DNA of 61,954 bases, filler included, from Chiloscyllium plagiosum (taxonomy: Eukaryota): assembly GCF_004010195.1 (NCBI RefSeq). It is 5 parts of one record of this genome, joined end to end, with 100 filler letters (N's around TTAATTAATTAA, not from the genome) between each part and the next. Parts side by side here need not be neighbours in the genome. Positions count along the whole stretch, not along the records: positions 1 to 14,441 come from NC_057714.1; 4 more parts are not named here. One strand, given 5' to 3'. Both the position numbers and the translations under genes were made by a program. This document shows, piece after piece, positions 1-11,561 of this stretch (position 1 is the first letter of the stretch; every line of letters begins with the position of its first letter). A model generated the notes under the pieces. It was not told the origin of the DNA. It did no database searches and saw only the letters and a program-made list of their open reading frames with translations.

Positions 1-188
1 AGAGGAAGTGGTGGAGGCTGGTACAATTGCAACATTTAAGAGGCATTTGGATGGGTATATGATTAGGAAGGGTTTGGAGGGATATGGGCTGGGTGCTCGC
101 AGGTGGGACTAGATTGGGTTGGGATAGCTGGTCGGCATGGACAGGTTGGACTGAAGGGTCTGTTTCCATGCTGTACATCTCGATGACA
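1..188 (+). mobile_element. CR1/HER1 LINE 3' end fragment
   Basis: Near-identical to 3' tails at 4740-4930 and 9470-9658; ends CTGTACATCTC.ATGAC. Confidence 0.85.
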
Positions 189-887
189 AATATGCTGGAA
201 ATCTGAATTGAGAACAGAAAAGTTTGGACATACTTAGCAAGGAAGACAACATGAGTGACAGAAGAACACTCCTCCATATTTTCTATAAAAATAATCATAT
301 TACATTGAAGCAACCATATAGCCTTGCAGGCCTTACATTTGATGTTGGATTATAGCATTTTTAAAAATATCGATCTGTTTTGATATGCTATACAGTACCT
401 CCTAGGCATATGGGACTTGAACCCAGAATTCCTCACCTCCAGGTAGCAACACAACACCTGCGCCACAAAACCCCATCCAGAATTAAGTAGTGACTTTGAA
501 AGTGGTGATGCGTGTTTTGGATTAGAAGGGACCTGATTTTAATTAATAGGGTATGAACTTTTGCTGTCCTTTAATTATCATTTTGATTAATTATTTTACA
601 CTTTTCCTAAATTGATTTACATCGCAGTACTTGTCATCATGATGTGACCCGAATGAGTGAGTAGCCAGGATCGCCCAGTTGATTTGTTTGCACAGACTCT
701 CCATCCCCGCGTCCAAAGCATTAACTGCAGTTTGAAAAATAAACTCAGCTTGACTCACATCCTTTTTTAAAAAAAACACAATCACTCGACTTATTAAACA
801 CGCCTGATTTCATTGCATTCTTCACCCGCGCATCAAAAGGCAGCGTGCAGTGGTACCTAAAGTGGGGAGGTCTGTTTCGTTGTACAA

Positions 888-1177
888 ATAGAATCCCTAC
901 AGGCCATTCGGCCCAACAAGTCCATACTGACTCTCCGAAGAGTATCTCACCCAGGCTCACCACATCACTTTAATTCTACATTTCCATTGGCTAATCCACC
1001 TACACATCCCTGGGCGCGATGGGCAATTTAGCCTGGCTAATCCATTTAATCTGCACATTTTTGGGCTGTGGGAAGAAACTGGAGAACCCAGCAGGAAACC
1101 CATGCAGACAGTCGCCCGCAGGTAGAATTGAAGCCGGGTCCGTAGCGCTGTAAGGCAGCAGTGCGAGCCACCGTGCC
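888..1177 (-). mobile_element. HE1-type V-SINE
   Basis: tRNA-like head, V-domain (GGGTTTCCT..TTCCCACA..GCTAAATTGCCC) and CR1-like tail on the minus strand. Confidence 0.85.
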
Positions 1178-1835
1178 GGTTTAACGCGGGAGGGAGGTTT
1201 CTCGATTGGAGTTATTGCAATATCCACGTCAATCACATACATTTAATAATGTGCAATCATGGAGCTCGCACCCTTTCAGTGGACGCCGAGGAAATGCATG
1301 CGGGTTGACTTTGCTCCTCTTCTTAACTGTCTCCTTTTGCACACATTTGCTAAAATAAAACCAAATCGCGGTGGGACACGATATCCCGGATTTGTGGGGA
1401 GTGGAGGGGAGGTGTAACAGGCCAAAATCCGGCACTGGAGCTCCCGCCCTGGTCCGGAGGAGCTGCGCAGGTCCCACTGGTATTTTTTATATACGGCGAT
1501 CCTTGCTTTTACAGGCTGTAGGTGTTTTATTTCCCCTCTCGCCCTTTTCAAAACTGGTTGCACGTTAAATCTTCCTTACAGGGGGAGTTTTGCAATTTAA
1601 GGCAAAATAAATCAATTTAGGAACATTGGCTAACCACACTTCAAACAGCAGATATGAGAAAAATAAAGTTTGATCAAAATATGTCTCTAGAAGCCGTAGG
1701 AGGTTCTTGAGTTTTTAAAATAATAAATATCCAGCAGCGCCGCCCTTTGCTTGTTGAACTTATAACACTTTATAAGGATCACAATATACTTGTGCCCTGG
1801 AACTTTGGTTCTAGGGAGAGAGATATACTGAGTCT

Positions 1836-1968
1836 ATGCCTGATTAAGGGCTTTTGCCCGAAACGTCGATTTTCCTGCTCCTCGGATGCTGCCTGACCTG
1901 CTGTGCTTTTCCAGCACCGCTCTGATCTAGTTTCTGGTTTCCAGCATCTGCAGTCCTCACTTTTGCCT
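1836..1968 (+). mobile_element. Penelope-like pseudo-LTR fragment with decayed hammerhead motif
   Basis: CTGATTA-A-GGGC-TTTT-GCCC-GAAACGTC then the tail shared with other copies; flanked by imperfect duplication AGAGAGAT(A/G)TACTGAG. Confidence 0.75.
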
Positions 1969-2764
1969 AGAGAGATGTACTGAGCAGAGTTTGTGTGTGA
2001 GATTAAAATAAACTGGAAAATTATACAAGTTTGGGATCAAACACTTTGTTATCAGTCACCAATGCGTTACATTGTTGCGGTTTCCTACCCGCGGCCGTCA
2101 GTATGGTTCAAACGATACAATGTGTCAGGACTTTGAACACAGTCGGGCAGTCAGATTGACACCAGCACCATCGAGTGAACTCTTCACTTCCTGAAACTTT
2201 ACATTTTAAAAACTTTCCACAAGAAGTTCCCCTCCCCCTTTAAACGTGGGACAGACGGCTGTTGACAAGCGCTTTAAACATCGTTTCCCCCGTTGCATTC
2301 TGTGATTTGATTTCACAGGGCGTGGATTTTCAGAAAGGGGGCATATTGTTATTTCAATCGCGTCCATCCCTTTAAAAAGTAAACGTGCGGTCTCCCCCTA
2401 TCTCAATGTGCGTTTGTTTTCGTCTGGAGTCTCTCTTGATTGGGAATTGCTACACTCACGTGTGCTGGCTAAAGGGCGAAGAGACAACAATAACAGACAG
2501 CTCCTCAAAGCCAAGAGCCCCGTGTTTAAAGCTGACTGTAATGGCTTAGGCACTTTCGGGAGGATTGACAAATTAAAAACTCCCCCGAGATGAAGGGTTG
2601 TTGCGGTTGGAGGCGATTTTAGGAAGGGGGTTTTCAGAGAGGGTTAGACAGCATCGTATCTCCTCTTCCTTCTCAGGAGAGAGAGGTTTCAGCTAAACGC
2701 AGGTTCAAGTGCAGGAATCTCCCGAATCCCTGTCTCCCTCCTTCCCCTCTATCCAGGAGAGTCG

Positions 2765-2848
2765 ATGGGAAGCACAACCGTGGATTCCAGTAAGAGGAAA
2801 AGCGGGATGAAGAGGAACAAGAGGCGCATGTTGCGCCTGAATATCCCG
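2765..2848 (+). CDS. PRKAG2: AMPK gamma subunit (PRKAG2-type, long isoform) coding exon 1
   Basis: ATG at 2765 gives MGSTTVDSSKRKSGMKRNKRRMLRLNIP, then CCG|GTAGGT donor (phase 0). Resembles recalled human PRKAG2 exon 1 (MGSAVMDTKKKK...QKRRSLRVHIP), which also ends after the IP motif in phase 0. Paralog identity (gamma2 vs long gamma1/gamma3) not proven. Confidence 0.75.
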
Positions 2849-4109
2849 GTAGGTGCAGTTGCTGTCCTTCCGTCCCCTCCCCTCTGTAACGTGTTTATAA
2901 AGCGAGACTGGCGGGGGTGTTTGTTTTGTTATGGGAGGTGGTGTCTCAGCGCCAAGCTGCAGTCTGGCTCATGGACAGAGGTAAACACTGCAAGCGAGGC
3001 TCGTTGGACATGGGGAAGTTGAGACAGGAAATTCTGCTGCAGTTGCCTTCTTCCACAAGGGAAGCCAGGCGATGAGGCTCAGCCTTGAATTCAGGGTATC
3101 GAGGCCGATTGAACACATCACAAGAATTCCTTCAGTTGAATGAAATGAGTTATTCTTGTACCTAGTCCAGGGTCCGCAGAGAGACACAATTAAATACAAA
3201 GGGATGTCAATACATTCTATTTACCCTTTTTTTCAGAAGAGGAAATTATTGAGTAGAACAGAGTTCAAAGAGCGACGTGTGGGGCTCATTAAAACCGAAT
3301 TTCCTTTTTTTTGGTGCGGGGGGCGGGAGGTGGAAGAGGCGAACTTAGCAGCATGACCTGTGCGAATGAGCACCTTGCGATCGAAAGCAGGATCGCGATC
3401 TCTTGATAGTTGGGACAGGGAAATAGATTTATTGTAAATACAGTCGAATGCACTATTAACTCTTCCACTTTTTCTTAACCGAAGCCAACGTTTTTGGTAG
3501 GAAGAATTGTCTTGAAAGCTCAGCCTTTCTGGATTTATTGTAACCTGCTGAGTCATGTACAAACACCAAAAGCATGTGGGTGGTTAGCTAATTGACGTCT
3601 GAATTCCTGTCCAAGTATTTAAATCCAACACCATTTCAAAGAGGGACGAACGCAAATCCAAAGGGAATAAACTTGAAAGTATTTGGCTTTTGCTTTGTGG
3701 CAATTTATCTTCATTTGCTAAATGGCATAATAGAAGATGAGATAGAATATGCCAGATTAACAGTAGCACACACCATACTAATTCACGTATAGGTAAATTA
3801 TTTTTGATTATTGTGACCATGATTTACTTGGGTCAGAGAAACTGGAGTAGGTTCTCTGCTTAGCTTCTGCATCAACTAAAGGGTTGTGAAACTGCTACTG
3901 AGAGTGGAACCAGTAATAAAGAGCTCATCTATCCATCCAGCTGTGTGAATTCCTCCAATCTAGTCATGCAGAAAAATAGTGCCTAACTCAAGAACTGAGC
4001 TCCATTTTAGAGGAATTCCAGCTGACATCCAAATTAAGAGCTAAATTAATTTTACATCGTCATTTTAGTTGAACTTGCTCTGACATTGATTCACGGTGAA
4101 CTTTCCTTC

Positions 4110-4260
4110 AAAAATCTCTAATGCCCTTTAGAGAATCTGCCATACTTACCTGATCTGGCCTACATGTGACCCCAAAAATACAACAATGTGGTTGACTCTT
4201 AACTGGCCTCTGGGCAATTAGGAATGGGTAATAAATGCTGGTTCAGCCACTGGCAGGAAC
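4110..4260 (+). mobile_element. 3' half of the tRNA-headed SINE seen at 25534-25870
   Basis: Shares AATCTGCCAT..TGGCCTACATGTGAC..TGTGGTT and AATAAATGCT tail. Confidence 0.7.
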
Positions 4261-4543
4261 AGTTTGTTTCTTAAAAAACATAACCTGAGCACGTTCAGTT
4301 GAATTTGACGTCAAAGGCAGGTGAACCTTGAGACCATTTCCGTCAGCTTTAACAGTGAGAGTGGATAAATATTGGACTTGACTGGGATCCCAATTTATAA
4401 GAGGACTGAGTTTCAGGCAATGATATAGAGCCAGTGATTTGTGCAGCAGGTAATCAGAGCCAAGGGCAGTAAGGTCAAGCCTGGAGCACTTCTACGCCAG
4501 CCATAGGGCTTGATGTGATTGATGTTCACGACCACCAGAGTGG

Positions 4544-4930
4544 AGGCCGAGGGGTGACCTTATAGAGGTTTATAAAATCATGAGGGGCATGGATAGGATA
4601 AATAGACAAAGTCTTTTCCCTAGGGTGTGGGAGTCCAGAACTAGAGGGTATAGGTTTAGGGTGAAAGGGAAAAGATATAAAAGAGACCTAAGGGGCACCT
4701 TTACATGCAGAGGGTGGTGTGTGTATGGAATGAGCTGCCAGAGGAAGTGGTGGAGACTGGTACAATTTCAACATTTAAAAGGATCTGGATGGATATATGA
4801 ATAGGAAGGGTTTGGAGGGATATGGGCCAGGTGCTGGAAAGTGGGACTAGATTGGGTTGGGATATCTGGCCGGCATGGGCAAGTTGGACTGAAGGGTCTG
4901 TTTCCGTGCTGTACATCTCTATGACTCTAA
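4544..4930 (+). mobile_element. CR1/HER1 LINE 3' fragment (ORF2 C-terminus + 3'UTR)
   Basis: RGDLIEVYKIMRGMDRINRQSLFP; tail CTATGACTCTA. Confidence 0.9.
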
Positions 4931-4989
4931 GTGGAACTCCATGGACCTGCAGCTTTCTTAAAAAAAAATGAAGCCATGAGAAAAGTGCT

Positions 4990-5232
4990 GCACTGTCTTT
5001 CAGCTGAATGGATAACCGCCGACCCAGCCTACCCTCTGAAGCAGATACACAAATCTTCTGATGACACTATTTCTATGAACTGAGTCGTTATCCTTGGCTT
5101 CCTGGTCAATATTTATCTGTCAGTTGACATCACTAAAAAAAATAGATTTGCCCATCATTTCCTGGTAACAATAGCACTGATGTGAATGGTGCTCACATTT
5201 GTTTGAGAACAAATGCTGCAGTAATTTCAAAA
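4990..5232 (+). mobile_element. Degraded DeuSINE-like (SacSINE1-like) fragment
   Basis: CCTGGTCAATATTTATC..CATCACTAAAA..AGATT motif; related remnants near 38490-38650, 52495-52610 and 53170-53425(-). Family name from memory. Confidence 0.5.
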
Positions 5233-5697
5233 AGGGGAAGCTGCCTGAATAAATGGGGAGTTTGCAGCCCGGGACATGTCTCTTCACTGTCTTTTCCACA
5301 ATGGTGGCCATCCCAATGTCTGGCTAACCCAGAGAATGGGTCAGTGACATTGAGTTTGTTGTGCTTGTATGTGATAGATATAATTAGAACTTCTGCAAAA
5401 AAACTGGGGCTTGCCTTCAATGTCATGTGGCCCATTTGGAGCCATTGAAGGTTCTATTGTGTTTATTTAAACTTGTCAGAGGTTCTACTGAAGATCAGCC
5501 AGTTGTTAATTGCTGACAATGGGCTCCTCTAGTTTAAAAAGTTAATCTTTACAAACATGAAATTTTATTTCTTCTGATCATAGAGCAGTATACTTCTAGT
5601 TTTAATTGTTGGACATTTAAACAGCATGTAATTTAAAATTATCATAAAATCATACAGTACAGACGAAGCCCTTCAGTCCATCAAGTCTGCAGTGACT

Positions 5698-6007
5698 AGA
5701 TTAGATTACTTACAGTGTGGAAACAGGCCCTTCGGCCCAACAAGTCCACACCGACCCGCCGAAGCGTAACCCACCCATACCCCTACATTTACCCCTTTAC
5801 CTAACACTACGGGCAATTTAGCATGGCCAATTCACCTGACTTGCACATCTTTGGAATGTGGGAGGAAACCGGAGCCCCCGGAGGAAACCCACGCAGACAC
5901 GGGGAGAACGTGCAAACTCCACACAGTCAGTCTCCTGAGTCGGGAAGTGAACCCGGGTCTCTGGCGCTGCGAGGCAGCAGTGCTAACTACTGTGCCACCG
6001 TGCCGCC
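5698..6007 (-). mobile_element. HE1-type V-SINE, young full-length
   Basis: Head, V-domain and (TAATC)n tail intact; CpGs preserved. Confidence 0.92.
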
Positions 6008-7053
6008 GTTAAATTTAGACTAAATGACTCTAAATTTACACAAGTCCAACTATCGAACACTTGGCCCATTACCTTGAATATTATGACATTTCACGTGTTC
6101 ATCCAAGTAGTTCCTGCCTTAGGCAGTGCATTCCAGATACCCAACATCCTCTGGGTGGAAAAATGTTTCCTCAAATCCCCTCTAAGTCTCCTGTCTTTTA
6201 TCTGAAATTTATTACCCTTTAACCCTTACATGAAGGAGGATGGCTGCTTTCTACCTATCCTGTCCATGCCCCACATAATCTTATATACCTGATTGAAGTT
6301 CCCCCACACCACCTTCTCTGCTGTAAAGACAACAACTTGAGCATATCCAACCTCTCTTTGTAGCAAGTAACTATATTTCTTTTTACTTTTGCCATTTCTC
6401 TTCTCTTCCAATGCTGTCTTTTTTTCAATCTCTGTTTCTGTTTCCGAGACTAACTGATATTGAACACTGTAATTGGAATGGTACAATGTTCTCCTTTAAT
6501 GCTGTAATCATTCAGCCCAGGCTGGCTGTCTGCATGAGCAAGTCATCTCGTTGTCAGATCTATCCTATAGACTGGCATGTTTTCCTTATCCATTGCCCTT
6601 GTAGTTCCCATTTGTAGCAAGGGTGGTGATTGCCTGGAATGCGCTGCCAGAGAAGATGTTGGAAGGAGACACAACAGCGGCATTCAAGAAGCACCTGAAT
6701 GAATACTTGAATAGGAAGAGAACAGAGGGATAAAGATCATGTAAATGAGGACAATTTTAATATGGAAGGGGAAAATATGTTGGCAAAGGTTTGAAGGACT
6801 GAAGGGCTGTATTGTTCTTTGTTCTACCTCATGTTGTCATTCCTTCTCTTGCCATTCAGGTCTGTGAGTAGTGCGAATATTCTGTGTGTATGTGTCTCGA
6901 GTCCTCTTATAATTTTGAACACATCAATCAAATTTCCTCTCAAAAAGAAAACAATATCATCTTATATAATCCAATTGAAGTCCCTCATTCTTAAGCAATT
7001 GTTGTAAATCTTATCACATCCTTCCTAATGTTTATTACCCAGAATTGAACAGG

Positions 7054-7353
7054 ATGGCTCAGTGGTTAGCACAGAGCCAGGGACCCAGGTTCAGTACCAA
7101 GCTCAGGTGACTGTCTGTGTGGAGTTTGCACGTTCTCCCTGTGTCTGTGTGGGTTTCCTCTGGGTTCTCTGGTTTCCTCCCACAGTGCAAAGATGTGCAG
7201 GTTAGATGGGTTGACCGTGCTAAATTGTCTGTACTGCCAGGTGTGTGCAGGCTAATTGGATTCGCCATGGGAAATGCAGGGTTATAAGTTAGGGGCCTAG
7301 GTCGCTGTGGACTTGATGGGCTGAATGGCCTGTTTCCACACTAGAGATTCTAT
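7054..7353 (+). mobile_element. HE1-type V-SINE
   Basis: TGGCTCAGTGGTTAGCA head, V-domain, GGCCTGTTTCCACACT tail. Confidence 0.88.
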
Positions 7354-7944
7354 GAATACAGTACTCTGTAGACGTCATCATGAGTCCCTCAAAACAAGGA
7401 TGATGTGTTCACGGTTAATATAACCCTGGGTGATTCAGAATGCCAGTCCTGGAGCCAAGATCCATAGGCAGAGAAGCCAAGACTTGCTCTGAGTAAGAGG
7501 AAGTTCTCGAGCTCTCTCTCCTCGATGTTCATATCTCTATCACAGCAGCATTTGCTTAGTCAGATTCTTATTGCATGGTTTGTGAGATGAGGTGCCAGCG
7601 CATAGCTGGGTTTCATGTCAAGTTCCTCCCACGATTACTTCCTATTTCACTCAGGCCTCCTAAGTATCCTTTTAAAATAATTTTCCTGTCCTCCTTGGGT
7701 GACATCCTTAAGAGAAGGGCATCTGCTTCAGAAGCCAATTATTGGCAGTGTCCAGAGAAGTCAAGCTGATTTGGGATGATGAATAATGCTATAGGAATTG
7801 GTTTCAGTGAGAATGTTGCCTCAGTGTTGTTTTATGTTTGACCCCACTGTGTCCTTTGGAAACACCACTGTTGGAAGTTCACCAGCATTCTGACATGAGT
7901 CTGTCTCTGCTATATGGAAAGGTGGTGACAACAACAGCATCATT

Positions 7945-8345
7945 ATATTAATGATCTAAACATTGGGGTGCAGGGCACAATTTCAAGATTTGCAGATGAC
8001 ACAAGACTTGGAAGGATTGTGAACTTTGAGGAGGTTAGTGATAGATTTCATGAGGTTCTTTACAGGCTTGTGGAATGCACAGACTCATGGCAAATAAGGT
8101 TAATGCAGAGAGCTATGAAGTCCTTTTTTTGGTAGTAAGAACAAGGTCAGGAAATATAAAATGAAGGATGCAATTTAAAAAGTAATGGAGGAAGAGAGTT
8201 GCTTGGGGATTTTATATGCACAAATCATGGAAAAGTAATTTAAAAATACGTACAGGCTTTGTAAATTAAGAAATGAAACCCACAAACAAGGAAGTTATAG
8301 TGAACCTTTGGAAAATACAGATCCAGTCTCAACTTGGACATTGAC
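7945..8345 (+). mobile_element. Old CR1-type RT fragment
   Basis: INDL..VQGTISRFADDTRLG-like RT segment, degraded. Confidence 0.65.
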
Positions 8346-9274
8346 TCAATGGGGATACTTTTCAACCTAAACAGGCTGAGAGCCCATTAGCAAACTTTGT
8401 CAGAAATTTTTTTTATGTTGCCTTTAATGCCTTGTAATTAAAAGAATACACATGAGAAGAATCACGAAGAGAAACAAGTGTCAATCAAATTGATACCAAG
8501 GATTTTTTTTAAAAATTAATGAGTTCCTGTACATTTCCTACAGGAACAACGTAGGAAGGTGAGAGAGAACTTTTGGAAGAAGCACAAGGAAATGTTGAGC
8601 TGGAATGAAAATGCAGGGGAAAGTGCAAAACTAAACACTGCTGCTCCCATTTGTTAATATCATTGTTGGGCATGCAGCAATTTAAGTCTTAAAGGAAAAA
8701 TAGCATTTTTTCCCCCTCAAATGGCAAATAACCTGATCATTTGTTTAATTTATTCTTTGTGTACAGCTTGGCTGCAATATTTGTTTCAGTAATGTTGGCC
8801 AGTAAATTGCTTTTGAAGTGCAGTCAAGACATTTCGAGACATCCTGAAGACTGGAAGGAACTCTCACCAGCAATTTTCACACATTAAAGGGACTGAAGAC
8901 TAACAAATTTCTGGGCCAGGTGCCATATTTCCTAGGGTGCTGAAGGAGATGGAACAAATCTGCAGGGCACAGGCTGAAGTGATGGCAAATTCAATGGGCC
9001 TTGGAGAATTGCTCAAGATTAGAAGCTGGCAAGTATGAAGTTGGTATTTATAAAAATAGGACTCATTAGAGCTGCTTAATTGCAAGGCTGTAAGACTGGA
9101 GGAGATTACACATGGGAAAGGGCACAAGGCCATGGAGGCTTTTGAAAGCCAAGGATTAAAATTTTAAAATTGGGGTGTTGGTTCTAGTGCAGATCAGTGA
9201 ACACAGGAGTAATGGGTGGAACATACCTTCCTGAGAGTTAAGAAACAGGCAATGAGTTAATTAAGTTCTTAAAA

Positions 9275-9658
9275 TGAGGGATAATTTTATTGAGGTTGAT
9301 AAAATCACGAGGGGCATAGATAAGGTGAATAGCAAAGGTCTTTTCTCCAGGGTAGGGGAGTTCAAAACTAGGGGGTATAATTTTAGGGCAGGAGGACAAA
9401 GATTTAAAAGACCTGAGGGGCAACTTTTTCACAGATGGGGAGCAGGGTTTTCATATGTGGAATGAACTGTCAGAGGAAGTAGTGGATGCAGGTACAGTTA
9501 CAACATTTAAAAGACATTTAGACAGGTACAGGAATAGGAAAGGTTTAGAGGGATATGGGTCAAATGTAGGCAAATGGGACTAGTTTAGTTTGGAAAACCT
9601 GTTCGATATGGATGAGTTGGACAGAAGGGTTTGTTTCTATACTGTATGATGACTCTAA
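9275..9658 (+). mobile_element. CR1/HER1 LINE 3' fragment
   Basis: IEVDKITRGIDKVNSKGLF; same 3'UTR as 4544-4930. Confidence 0.88.
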
Positions 9659-9847
9659 GATGCAGGAGCAGAAACAGGCCATTCAGCCCATCGCATCTGC
9701 TCCACCTTGTATTTGCGGTACTTCTAAATGTACCATAAACAGCTGAGAACCCAGTAATGAGGGCTGTAGAGCCCTACTAGAAACAATCTTCCAGTCACAA
9801 AAGCACCCAATGACCATAACCATTATCTACCTGACACTAAGCCAACT

Positions 9848-11470
9848 TTCAGTCCAACTTGACTGATTTATCATTTTCACGTGTACTGAAATACAATGGA
9901 CAGTGTTGTTTTGCGAGCTGTACAGGCAGCTTGTACCATACAAAGTGCAACAGGGTGGCAGAACAGAGTGCAGAGTACAGTGTTCCAACCACAGAGGAGA
10001 TGCAGAGAGAGAGAATAAAAATAACATTTGAGAGGTCTGTTCAAAAATCTGATAACAGTGGGGAAGAAGCTGTTATTGAATCTGTTCATGCGTGTATTCA
10101 AACTTTTATGTTTTCTGTCCAATGGAAGAGAGTGGAAAACAGTATAAAAGGGGTGAGAGAGGTCTTTAATTATGTTGGTTGCTTTCCCGAGGCAGCGGGA
10201 AGTATAGATGGAATCAGTGGATGGAAGACTGGTTTGTGTGATGGGCTGGGCTGTGCTCACAACTCTGTGTAGTTTCTTGCGGTCTTGGAAAGAGTCATTG
10301 CCATACCAAGCTCTGATGAACCCAGATAGTATGCTTTCTATGGTGCATCTATAAAAATTAGTAAGAGTCTTTGTGGACATGCCACATTTCCTTAACATCC
10401 TGAATAAGTAGAGGTGTTGTTGTGTTTTTGTGACTGTTGTGTCGACATGAGTGGACCAGGATAGTTTGTTGGTGAACATCATTCCTTGGAACTTGGAGCC
10501 TGATGTAGGCATCCTTGTTATCAAGATCCTTATTATCAGGGTTGTGTGTTGGACCAGGGCGATGGCATCTGCTGTGGACCTGTTGCACCAGGATGTGAAT
10601 TGGAAAATATGGTCGTTTGGAGTTGATGTGGGCCATGACTAAAGTCTCAAAGCACTTCATAATTACGGAGATCAGAGCCACTGGATGGTAGTCATTGTGG
10701 CACGCTGCATGATATTTCTTTGGCACTAAAATGATGGTGGTTTTCTTAAGCAGGTGGGGACTTAAGATTGTTATGAGGAGAGATTAAAGATGCCTGCAAA
10801 TGCAGGACATGCAGCAGATCAGGTAACACCTTTGGAGAGGCCTTTTGTCAGTTTCTTTTCTTCAGACCTTCATGTTGTGCTTTCATCAATCACCAGTCTG
10901 TTTGGTATGTATTTGTCCTGGGTCTAAAGGAGGATTTGCTAGTCACCACTTCAGATCATAGTAAGGAGAAGTTGAAGATGAAAGTGAATACTCCTGCCAG
11001 CTGGTCCACATGGGATCTGAGTGCATGGCCGGGGACTGCATCCAGGCCAATTGCTTTCCAAGGGCTCACTCTCAAAAAGGTTGATGTAACATCTGCGGCA
11101 ATGACTATAGGTACAGGAGCATCCGAGACTGTTGGGATACGTGACATTGCATCACTGACTTTCTATTTAAAGTGAGCGTAGAATGCATTGAGCTCGTCCA
11201 ATCAGGATAGGATGTACTTTTACCTGTGATTCTGTTCAACTTCACTTTGTAGCCTGTTATGTCACATAAACCTTGCCCCAAACAATGGGTGGGGTCCGTG
11301 TGGTTTGTTTGGGAGTCAAGCTTAGTTTGGTATTGCCTCTTGGCGTCTCTGATGATCTTATGAAGGTTGTATCTGGATTTCCTGTATAGATCAGGGTTGC
11401 TTGACTTGTACCCCTCAGGCCTGGATTTCAATAGCGAGTGGATCTCTTGGTTCATCCATGGTCTCACTCT
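9848..11470 (-). mobile_element. Rex1/Babar-type LINE, 5'-truncated and degraded
   Basis: ORFs 9877-10524, 10358-10726, 10956-11147, 11105-11467 with TNFYRCTIESIL..AWYGN, NDYHPVAL.S.IMKCFE.LV, RFNNSFFP..IR.LN typical of Rex1/Babar RT. Confidence 0.85.
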
Positions 11471-11561
11471 GTTGGATCCCCAAGCTTTCTAATTTTTGAG
11501 CAATTTGTCATTTCCGTAAGATACTGTGAAAACTTTGCTCAAATCCATGTAGATGACATCG

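Larger units (their letters stand above)
1180..3420 (+). promoter_or_regulatory. CpG-enriched promoter/5' region of the PRKAG2-type gene
   Basis: Visibly higher CpG density than the flanks and mostly repeat-free. Inverted CCAAT near 2439, E-box CACGTG 2457-2462, surrounds exon 1. TSS not determinable. Confidence 0.55.

Noticed and set aside
2765..3022. 85-aa single-exon ORF, or a MAP2K N-terminus
   Set aside because: Similarity stops at the strong donor at 2849. MGS start, exon phase and the downstream 3B-like exon fit an AMPK gamma gene better than a MAP2K.
8544..8558. 15-nt microexon EQRRK (CAG|...|GTGAGA, phase 0-0) as a stand-in for exon 2
   Set aside because: Plausible splice sites but too short to support without transcripts or conservation.
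9877..10524. 215-aa host gene
   Set aside because: Rex1/Babar RT C-terminus within a degraded LINE.
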